Origin: a virus
Lineage: Duplodnaviria; Caudoviricetes
Direction: 5' to 3' (one strand)
Length of the DNA: 24,350 nucleotides
IMG/VR virus record: IMGVR_UViG_3300023081_000080
Span: 1 to 24,350 of that record
Shown in pieces: positions 17,619 through 24,350 of the stretch; positions within the stretch are counted from its first letter, which is position 1; each line of letters starts with the position of its first letter. The notes beneath the pieces were generated by a model that saw nothing but the letters and a program-made list of their open reading frames with translations, was not told the DNA's origin and did not search any database. The translations under genes were made by a program, and so were the position numbers.

Positions 17619-17861
17619 TTACCACTCTTCTTCATCGTTTAAGTCATCATCATCGTCATAACTTTCGATTGGTCCCAATGCTTCTGCTACCGCTTCTTCT
17701 AAATAAGGATCAGCATTGCCTAGTGTTTGAACTACCTCTTCCGGTACACCGTTGTCGATGCACCAGTTGACGTATTGCACAGCAATTTGTTCTTTATTTT
17801 TCGGATCGATATGTGCCGAAAACATATCCCAAAGATCAATAAGTTGTTCTTCGTTATGCAT
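17619..17861 (-). CDS. Small acidic hypothetical protein between uvsX and uvsY
   Basis: ~80 aa, very D/E-rich, ending ESYDDDDDLNDEEEW. Overlaps the uvsX stop. GAGG SD before the ATG at 17861; alternative start 17867. Confidence 0.8.
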   Translation of the reverse strand: MHNEEQLIDLWDMFSAHIDPKNKEQIAVQYVNWCIDNGVPEEVVQTLGNADPYLEEAVAEALGPIESYDDDDDLNDEEEW

Positions 17862-18957
17862 TTCCATCCTCGATTATCTCCTCTGAAATAGGCTCATCAG
17901 CAGTTACCTCCGCTGTGCCTTCAGAGTACTTATCATTAATGTTCTGATAATCCTTCATTATGATATCGAGTTTTTCTCCGGTCCAATCTTTACGATAATG
18001 TAAAAGTTCCTCTCCTGTACTAGTAACATATTTCAAACGATTACCTTGTTGTTTTAGTAATCCTTCTTTTTCAAATAAATCTACTAGACCTGAGTAAGGA
18101 TCCATACCTGTTTCATATGGAATCTTCACTTGTACACCTTCAAAAGGTTTTGCGTAACGTGTTTTCATTACCTTACAAGCGGCTCTGATACCACGTACAT
18201 CTGTTACCTTTTTACCTTCTTCATCTTCTTTCAGTTTCAACTTTTTCATTGCTACCACAATAGATGAAGCATACACAAAGCCTTGTCCTCCACTGATTTT
18301 ATCATCAGGATCGAACATGTCTTGTGAAGCGTATGTGTGATTGGTACATACCATACCTACGTTGAAACTACCAAACATATTAACGCAGTTACGTACAAGT
18401 GCTGTAAGTGCCTTAGGTTTTCTACCCATATCACCTTTCATATCACCCTTACTAAACTGATCAACATCTGTTGGAGTTAACAACATACCCAACGAATCAA
18501 TTACAAATAGTACCTTAGGACGATCATTGGGGTCAACACCTTCATAATCGTTACGGTAGTCTTTCATAAACTCGCTGATAGTTTTTGCTACGTCATCAAT
18601 CATACTCATTGATAAACGCAGTAATTTATCTTCTTCTGTTTTTACACCTAGTGCGTGAAGCCACTTTTCATCAAGTGCATTCTCTGAGTCAATTAGTACT
18701 ACAAAGATACCTTGATCCTGTGCGGCTTTCACAATATTTCCACTAGCGAAGTAAGATTTACCTGCACCAGATTCGCCGGCAAATACGGTCACCTTACCAA
18801 GTGGTACTCCTTTATGGAAGTCACCACTGATAAGATGATTTAATGCGTAATTACCAGTCGAAACCCAGTCAGTAGGATCGTTAAAACCCATACCAAGGCC
18901 TGTAATGCTTTTGGTTAGAGTCTTACGAAATTTACTAACGTCAAATGGTTTCGCCAT
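17854..18957 (-). CDS. uvsX: RecA-family recombinase, UvsX-like
   Basis: STGN..LN..ISG, Walker A GESGAGKS, DSENA (catalytic Glu), Walker B VIDSLG, GDMG, NHTY and SGGQG. AAGGAG SD. Confidence 0.93.
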   Translation of the reverse strand: MAKPFDVSKFRKTLTKSITGLGMGFNDPTDWVSTGNYALNHLISGDFHKGVPLGKVTVFAGESGAGKSYFASGNIVKAAQDQGIFVVLIDSENALDEKWLHALGVKTEEDKLLRLSMSMIDDVAKTISEFMKDYRNDYEGVDPNDRPKVLFVIDSLGMLLTPTDVDQFSKGDMKGDMGRKPKALTALVRNCVNMFGSFNVGMVCTNHTYASQDMFDPDDKISGGQGFVYASSIVVAMKKLKLKEDEEGKKVTDVRGIRAACKVMKTRYAKPFEGVQVKIPYETGMDPYSGLVDLFEKEGLLKQQGNRLKYVTSTGEELLHYRKDWTGEKLDIIMKDYQNINDKYSEGTAEVTADEPISEEIIEDGNA

Positions 18958-18970
18958 TGTTTACTCCTTA

Positions 18971-19981
18971 TTAAGATTGACGGTCACGGATCATTTTTAA
19001 AATGTCCTGAGCACGTTCACTTGATGGTTTATCTTCGGTCGTATCCGTAATTGATACAGCAGAGCCGTCTTCTTTACGAACAACACCCGCAGTCGCATCT
19101 TCCTCTTTTGGAGTCATTGGTGTTGGTGCAGTTGTAGTTTCTGCGATTGGTGCCGCAGGTTTCGCACTATTTGGATCACCAGTTGGAGCACTCATGCCTG
19201 GAGCACGAAAGTACTGACCCCAACGTTGTGGATCATATGCTTCGCCATCAACAGATGCTTCAAACATCTCTTGAATAACTTTAACTTCAACTTCACTTGG
19301 TTTCTTAGGTAAGAAATCATCTAAGTTATGCAAACCATGTGAGTCAACTGCCGCTTTTTCTTCATCAGTTAGAGCACGTTCTCTACGTGACCATGTTGAT
19401 GTTGAATAATCAGCATAACCTCCTTTAGATGTTTTCTTAATTCTAAAGTCTACACCTCTTACATAATCTGTAGGAAGATCTTCCATCTCAGGATCCATTA
19501 ATGCACCCTTAATGATTTGGAAAATTTGTGGACCAATAATAAAACGTCTAATTGGATTTTCTGGTTTGTTTTCTTCGTTTAGTGGATCGTCTGCCACAAA
19601 GCCTTGGAAAATGTATGAACGCTTTTTCCAATACTTACGTCCTTGGTCTTCTAATGCAGGATCTTTAAACCAACCACGTACTTCTGAAAGTACTGGGCAA
19701 GTTTCACCATACATTTCCATACAAGGAACGTTAACGGTAACCGGACGTGAATCCGTTTGACCTTTGATTCCCGCAAATGGAAGTTTGATCATCAAACGTT
19801 CTTTCCAAAAGAACACGTTGTTTTGATCAGCGTCTGGTAAGAAACGTAATACTGCTTCAGTACCTTCTGCCATATTCCAATGTGGGTAAATTGCGTTGTC
19901 GCCGCCGCTGTTTTGTGAACCACCGCCTTTGCGATCTTCTTGTTCACGTAGTTTTGCACGTATTTCTGCTAATGTTGCCAT
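18971..19981 (-). CDS. gp32: Single-stranded DNA-binding protein, T4 gp32-like
   Basis: AVLRFLP, VPC.E.YGETCPV, D...G.DFRIK.T.KGGYADYSTS and L.DFL. Strong AGGAGG SD; directly upstream of uvsX. Confidence 0.88.
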   Translation of the reverse strand: MATLAEIRAKLREQEDRKGGGSQNSGGDNAIYPHWNMAEGTEAVLRFLPDADQNNVFFWKERLMIKLPFAGIKGQTDSRPVTVNVPCMEMYGETCPVLSEVRGWFKDPALEDQGRKYWKKRSYIFQGFVADDPLNEENKPENPIRRFIIGPQIFQIIKGALMDPEMEDLPTDYVRGVDFRIKKTSKGGYADYSTSTWSRRERALTDEEKAAVDSHGLHNLDDFLPKKPSEVEVKVIQEMFEASVDGEAYDPQRWGQYFRAPGMSAPTGDPNSAKPAAPIAETTTAPTPMTPKEEDATAGVVRKEDGSAVSITDTTEDKPSSERAQDILKMIRDRQS

Positions 19982-20050
19982 AATAAGCCTCCTTTTTTGC
20001 CTTTAATGTTTGTGCCTGTTGTCGATATGTTTTTCTAACAACATATCTAT
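19982..20050 (-). promoter_or_regulatory. Structured 5' leader of gp32 (putative translational operator)
   Basis: Hairpin GATATGTT/AACATATC (20024-20047) followed by an A-rich tract with repeated AGGC units that ends in the SD. Confidence 0.5.
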
Positions 20051-20079
20051 ATTATAGTTACCTTCTGTTACAAAGTCAA
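20051..20079 (-). promoter_or_regulatory. Near-consensus sigma70 promoter for gp32-uvsX-uvsY
   Basis: Minus strand reads TTGACT-17 nt-TATAAT. Confidence 0.85.
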
Positions 20080-20094
20080 CTATAAATTCTGAAA

Positions 20095-22332
20095 TTACTT
20101 AATTAATTTTGCCAATTTACTTTTGATGTACTCAAGATCTTCGTTTGTTCTTAGTAATGCCTTTGCCACGCTAGGGTGTTTGGATAATCCTTTAGCAATC
20201 TTTTCAATTACATCGACTGCTCCAGAATAGTTACCGCCCTTGAATCTTGGATCATTTAAAACACCAAACGCCATTTTAATTTCTTTATCACTAAAGCCTT
20301 GGTTGTCTTTTTCTTCACCGTCTTCATTAGTTTTAGCCAATGCTTTACGAACTTCTTCAGGATCCATATTAAGTTCTTTAGCAATTTCCTCTTCGGAATG
20401 TCCTTTGGCTTTTAGGCTGTGCATATACTTAATGCTACCTTCTTCTACTTCCTCGTCGTCAGCAAGTTCTATCCTTTTACCTGAAAGTTTGGATACAAAC
20501 TTCTCGACTAGATCCCCTACGGAATCACCAAAACGCTTACGAGCGGAAATAACCACTCCAGTTTCGCCTCTTGGAAACGCTCCAGTTTCTTTATCATAGA
20601 ATGAGCGAACAAACTCAATGATCTCTTCAGTTGATGCTTTTTCATCTTTAGGCTCTTTGTCGCCTGCTAGTTTCATAGCACCATCTTTACCAATAGTAAC
20701 ATCAGTAGTATCAGTAGTATCATCTTCTTCTGATTCAGCGTTGAATGCATCAATATCACCAGAGTCATATTTTGCTGGTTTCTTCATGTCGCCGAAATCT
20801 AAGTCGTTTAATGCTTCTGGATCGTTCTTTTCTAAGTAAGCATAAATTAATGGTCTTGCACAAGCATCGCTATCTTTTTCTGCTAGTGCTTTTAATTGAT
20901 CGTCAAGTTCTTTATCATCAATGATACCTTTTAAACTTGACAAAGCGTTTGTTGCGTCTGGGCCTACACTAAAGTGTTGACCTATTAGTTTGTTCAGTAA
21001 AGAAATTTTCTGTTTATCCATTGCTTCGTCAACAACAGATTCTGTCCAATCTTCAAATTCATCTTCTGGTGAATAAAGTTCTTTTTGACCCATCTTATCA
21101 TCGTAGTCATCTTGTGCCGCATCCATTGCATACTCATGATCCGGACCATCTGGTTGAACAACAGCAGTTGCTAGTTCGTTGTCTAGTTTATTGTTGCCAT
21201 CACCTTCTGCTTCACCTCTTAATGAGTTAGGATCTACTTTACCGTTAACTACTTTGTAGTAAAGATATCCCATACCTGTTTCACCGTCATCACCTGTGAA
21301 TTCAAATTCTGTTTCGTATTCTTCGTTGTTGTGCGATTCTTCTTTTACAACTTCATCCAAATCAAGTGTTGTTTCACTAATTCTTTTTTGATGTATTTTG
21401 TGTAATAGAGGGAACATATCTCTCAATTCATTGTTAAATTGAGGAATAGTAAAGGCATTGGTAAGATCATTTACAATGTCTTCTCCCAATTCGTCATCAG
21501 TTGACTCTAAAGGTTGGAAATTTTCTTTGTATTCTGAATAATATTTTTGACCTTGTAATTTTTTAATATGTTCTCTCAAACCGTTTAATTCTGCTTCAGC
21601 ACCTTCAATAATATCACTTGAAGTTTGATTCATAAAATCTTTTCTACCAACATATCTTTTGAATGCTGAAAGTTTAGCAATGTTACCTGAAGTTTCAATA
21701 ATGTGTTTACCTAATTCATCATGAGGAATACCACCGTTAGCAACATGACGTGCCATTGCTCTTGCGCCTGCTAAATGAGCAAACGGATATTTAAAACGTT
21801 CACCTGCTTCGTTTTCAATAAACAACGAACTAATATGTCTTGTTCTAGCACCAGTTTGTTCTGCGTTAATTTCTTTTTTATGTCTTACGATAAGTTTCGT
21901 CTTATCTAATTCCTCATAACTAGATTTTGTAGTTCCGTACATTGCTGACTCCTGAACATTTTTGTTTGCCAAATAATTATAATCTCTTTTGTCTAAGTTT
22001 GCTTTTGCAATATCTCTAGTATCAAATTGCATCATGTGCCTCTTAGCAAAAAATCGCATTTCCTTAAGAAATGCATACCATTCATCTTCTTGTTGTTCAG
22101 ACACATTTTCTAACATACCTTGGCTATAATAAATCTTTAATGTATCAGAATCTTTAATAGAAACAGATACAGCACCCTTGTTTTCACCGTTTGTTACATA
22201 ATCAAAATCAAAGAAACGTGCTTGACTTTCATTTTGCGTAGGTGCACCAGTATCGTCGCCCATTTCCACACGTGGAAATCTCGATCTAATTTTCTCAAAA
22301 AGAGAAGTTGAAATAGAATCTAAACCCTTCAT
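20095..22332 (-). CDS. Large acidic modular protein (745 aa), probable late virion/internal head protein
   Basis: Start reassigned to ATG 22332 (MKGLDS...), 5 nt after a late-type box and outside the terminase gene. Globular-looking N-terminal part, then acidic linkers separating short modules. Function is inferred. Confidence 0.75.
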   Translation of the reverse strand: MKGLDSISTSLFEKIRSRFPRVEMGDDTGAPTQNESQARFFDFDYVTNGENKGAVSVSIKDSDTLKIYYSQGMLENVSEQQEDEWYAFLKEMRFFAKRHMMQFDTRDIAKANLDKRDYNYLANKNVQESAMYGTTKSSYEELDKTKLIVRHKKEINAEQTGARTRHISSLFIENEAGERFKYPFAHLAGARAMARHVANGGIPHDELGKHIIETSGNIAKLSAFKRYVGRKDFMNQTSSDIIEGAEAELNGLREHIKKLQGQKYYSEYKENFQPLESTDDELGEDIVNDLTNAFTIPQFNNELRDMFPLLHKIHQKRISETTLDLDEVVKEESHNNEEYETEFEFTGDDGETGMGYLYYKVVNGKVDPNSLRGEAEGDGNNKLDNELATAVVQPDGPDHEYAMDAAQDDYDDKMGQKELYSPEDEFEDWTESVVDEAMDKQKISLLNKLIGQHFSVGPDATNALSSLKGIIDDKELDDQLKALAEKDSDACARPLIYAYLEKNDPEALNDLDFGDMKKPAKYDSGDIDAFNAESEEDDTTDTTDVTIGKDGAMKLAGDKEPKDEKASTEEIIEFVRSFYDKETGAFPRGETGVVISARKRFGDSVGDLVEKFVSKLSGKRIELADDEEVEEGSIKYMHSLKAKGHSEEEIAKELNMDPEEVRKALAKTNEDGEEKDNQGFSDKEIKMAFGVLNDPRFKGGNYSGAVDVIEKIAKGLSKHPSVAKALLRTNEDLEYIKSKLAKLIK

Positions 22333-22337
22333 AATGT

Positions 22338-22344
22338 TATTTAT
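22338..22344 (-). promoter_or_regulatory. T4-late-type promoter ATAAATA, 5 nt before the ATG
   Basis: Minus strand reads ATAAATA-ACATT-ATG within a 16-nt intergenic gap. Confidence 0.7.
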
Positions 22345-22348
22345 GCTA

Positions 22349-23938
22349 TTAGAAAGAAACAAACACCGGCATTGGAGTTATCAATTCAGTGTCCATATCC
22401 TTCATTTTTTCGTAAATTGCTGGATCCCATTCCGCTAATATCTGTTGCATACGCACATTTAGTAGTGTTGCTGACACTAAATCGTCATGCTCGCCTGTTT
22501 TAGCACCAAATGTAGTACCATGTGCAACATAGTTCTTGAGTTCTGATATTAGTGGTTTGCTTTTGATTTCCAGTTTGTGTGTTTCTAATAAATGCTTAAA
22601 TTTAGCACAAGCACCCATTTTGGTTTTGTGTGTTGTGTTAAATCCTTTACGAAACTTACGCACATGTCCTTTCCTAATAGGTTCACTTAAAAACATACCG
22701 TATATGTTTTCCTCTCCATAGTCCTTAACACTTACTAGTGCCGCTTCACCGATAGAGTTATTTTCAATGCTGTAATAAACTTGTGGTAACTGAGCACCCT
22801 TTGCTTCGCATTGTTCCTTAATAGTTTTTGTAATTTCTGCAAGTATTCTTACCTGTCCTTGAATTGGAGTTGTATTATGTTGCCATTCTGCTACTTGTTT
22901 AAAACTAGGAAGTTCAAATACTTGAATAGCCGCAAAGTCTCCTCCTGTACCTAAACTAGGATCCATGCTAACAACATACGTGTACTTAGAATCACAATCT
23001 TTATACCAGCGTGTTTGTCCTAATCTACGTAGCGGTTCTTCGCCTTCCAATTCTGCAAGTCTAACACTATTAATTAATGTTTCATCAAAGATTAAAAACT
23101 CGCATTCATGTTCACGCCTAAAACGCTCTTCACCAATACGTGATTTTTCTTCTTCTGCCCATTTTTCATCTCTATCAGGGTGTTCACTCCAGTGTGCTGT
23201 AAAAGCAAAGAAACCATTTGTACCAACTTCTGTATCGTTTCCGTGTTCATCAAATCGCTTATTTGCTTCTGTCCATATAAGTGCAAACTGATCCTCATCA
23301 CTATTTGGTGTTGAAGTAATAATCGCCTTACCACCTGTTGCTAGTGTTGGAGAAATTGCAGTCCAAAATTCTTTGGCAATAGTAGGATTAACAAACGCAA
23401 ACTCATCACAATATAGTAAAGATATTGACATACCTCTACCAGTGTTATCTGTTGTTGTTTGTGATACAATACGCGAGCCATTATCAAATTCCATTGATCC
23501 TTTATTATAAGATGTAACCCCACAACGTATATGATCCGGACAATCTTCATAAGCATAGCGAATACGATGCATAATTTCCTGAGCACCTGCATATTTGTGT
23601 GCCGCAATTAATATTGTTACATCTGGATTAAACATAGCATACCATAATAGATAACCAGCCGCCGTAGTAGACTTACCTGTTTGTCTTGGTAGCATATTAA
23701 TATTGAATCTATGATTGTGATATGAGTCTACAAGTCTTTCTTGGAATTCAAATGGTTCAAATAATAACTTACCTTTTGTTGGATGTTGGATATAAAAGAA
23801 ATTATCCATAAAGAATTTTGCACCCGTAACAGGATCTGCACAGGCTTGTAACTCTTTAATTTCTTTTTCTGTATATCTGGTCTTGGAGTGTGCTTTTTTA
23901 ACTAGTACTCCATCAAGACTCTTGCTATTTTGTACCAT
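22349..23938 (-). CDS. terL: Terminase large subunit, T4 gp17-like
   Basis: Adenine-binding FQ, Walker A PRQTGKST, Walker B LLYCDEFAFV, coupling motif ITSTPN, nuclease acidic residues SMDPSLG.GGD, IENN and HDDLV. No intein. Confidence 0.95.
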   Translation of the reverse strand: MVQNSKSLDGVLVKKAHSKTRYTEKEIKELQACADPVTGAKFFMDNFFYIQHPTKGKLLFEPFEFQERLVDSYHNHRFNINMLPRQTGKSTTAAGYLLWYAMFNPDVTILIAAHKYAGAQEIMHRIRYAYEDCPDHIRCGVTSYNKGSMEFDNGSRIVSQTTTDNTGRGMSISLLYCDEFAFVNPTIAKEFWTAISPTLATGGKAIITSTPNSDEDQFALIWTEANKRFDEHGNDTEVGTNGFFAFTAHWSEHPDRDEKWAEEEKSRIGEERFRREHECEFLIFDETLINSVRLAELEGEEPLRRLGQTRWYKDCDSKYTYVVSMDPSLGTGGDFAAIQVFELPSFKQVAEWQHNTTPIQGQVRILAEITKTIKEQCEAKGAQLPQVYYSIENNSIGEAALVSVKDYGEENIYGMFLSEPIRKGHVRKFRKGFNTTHKTKMGACAKFKHLLETHKLEIKSKPLISELKNYVAHGTTFGAKTGEHDDLVSATLLNVRMQQILAEWDPAIYEKMKDMDTELITPMPVFVSF

Positions 23939-23943
23939 ACTAT

Positions 23944-23950
23944 TATTTAT
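23944..23950 (-). promoter_or_regulatory. T4-late-type promoter ATAAATA, 5 nt before the terL ATG
   Basis: Minus strand reads ATAAATA-ATAGT-ATG. It lies downstream of a terminator, so terL needs its own promoter. Confidence 0.72.
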
Positions 23951-23985
23951 TGGGTATTTTGGTGTGCTATGATGTTTTAGATAAT

Positions 23986-24008
23986 AAAAAGCCCCGCTTC
24001 CGCGAGGC
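23986..24008 (-). terminator. Rho-independent terminator
   Basis: Minus strand GCCTCGC-GGAA-GCGGGGC-TTTTT: 7-bp GC-rich stem with one G-U pair, GNRA tetraloop and U tract. Confidence 0.88.
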
Positions 24009-24010
24009 CC

Positions 24011-24030
24011 AATCCTAAGGTAGTAGGATT
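24011..24030 (-). other. Second hairpin immediately 5' of the terminator
   Basis: AATCCTA-CTACCT-TAGGATT, a perfect 7-bp inverted repeat in the 3' UTR. Confidence 0.6.
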
Positions 24031-24036
24031 AAAAAA

Positions 24037-24350
24037 TTATGCGTTCTTTTTAGCCATTTTAGTTGCAGTTGCATACATTACCGCTTCTGCATCATCGCCG
24101 TATCTCTTTTTAAAATCGCCTTTGGCTTTTTTCATGCCTTTAACATATTTTTCTTTTGTTTTTTCTTCTGGCTTAGATAATTTCTTTTCGTTTACAAATG
24201 TTGTCCATTCGCCTTTTAATCTTTCTTCGAGACCTTCTAATGGATTGTCGCCTTGTTTAGAAAATTTACGTGGTAATTTTTTAAGTTCTGTTTTACCATA
24301 TGTATCTTCTAGTTCATCATCGCTATACCGTTCGCCTTCTTTTTCATCTC
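24037..24350 (-). CDS. 3' end of a hypothetical (probable virion/head) protein, truncated by the right window edge
   Basis: Hand translation: ...DEKEGERYSDDELEDTYGKTELKKLPRKFSKQGDNPLEGLEERLKGEWTTFVNEKKLSKPEEKTKEKYVKGMKKAKGDFKKRYGDDAEAVMYATATKMAKKNA*. Followed by the terminator. Confidence 0.8.
   Translation of the reverse strand, partial: DEKEGERYSDDELEDTYGKTELKKLPRKFSKQGDNPLEGLEERLKGEWTTFVNEKKLSKPEEKTKEKYVKGMKKAKGDFKKRYGDDAEAVMYATATKMAKKNA

Noticed and set aside
20010-20050. Classic T4 gene-32 H-type pseudoknot
   Set aside because: The two stems share nucleotides and would leave no connecting loops, so they are reported as alternative hairpins instead.
20700-20722. Short tandem repeat ATCAGTAGT x2 (DTTDTT); also AAATCA repeats near 4034-4050 (DFDFDF)
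   Set aside because: In-frame low-complexity coding repeats, too short to suggest phase variation.
1070-23607. About 20 short antisense or alternate-frame ORFs in the track (e.g. 1070..1399, 2590..2838, 14899..15168, 20240..20599, 22965..23291)
   Set aside because: Each lies within or across longer motif-bearing genes and has no recognisable motifs; they are shadow ORFs.
22349-23938. Intein or intron in terminase (also considered for uvsX and the helicase)
   Set aside because: Lengths are normal, motifs are contiguous, and there are no Cys...His-Asn splice blocks or homing-endonuclease motifs.
1-24350. Stop-codon reassignment, as seen in some jumbo phages
   Set aside because: Genes are full-length and tile tightly in the standard code. 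TAA, TGA and TAG (e.g. 4601, 9808) all act as stops.
1-24350. CRISPR array, tRNA/rRNA genes, IS elements
   Set aside because: Intergenic gaps are at most about 115 nt. No spaced direct repeats, cloverleaf or transposase/integrase ORF were seen.

Overview
This AT-rich, gene-dense window comes from a large tailed phage with T4-type core genes (standard genetic code, almost all genes on the minus strand). Reading in the direction of transcription (right to left): the 3' end of a probable virion/head protein gene, a GNRA-capped terminator, the terminase large subunit, and a 745-aa acidic modular protein. Next come the T4-type gp32 SSB, UvsX recombinase, a small acidic ORF and UvsY. A ~13.4 kb, 18-gene island of soluble glycan enzymes follows: GT25, GT8-like, GT17 and GT34 glycosyltransferases, two paralogous GT-A proteins, four paralogous KpsC/KpsS-like GT-B proteins, a pyruvyltransferase, five SAM methyltransferases, an SDR epimerase and a nucleotidyltransferase-cupin fusion. 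Last is a sigma70-driven unit of a HARP-like protein, a UvsW-like helicase, a possible Hint-fold protein and a truncated ORF. The leading candidate novel system is the glycan island: it has late-type promoters and no membrane or export genes, which suggests glycosylation of an intracellular target such as the virion. Other candidates are three identical ATAAATA-N5-ATG leaderless late starts and the HARP-like/UvsW/Hint-like trio. All family calls come from motif recognition by eye; no searches were run.
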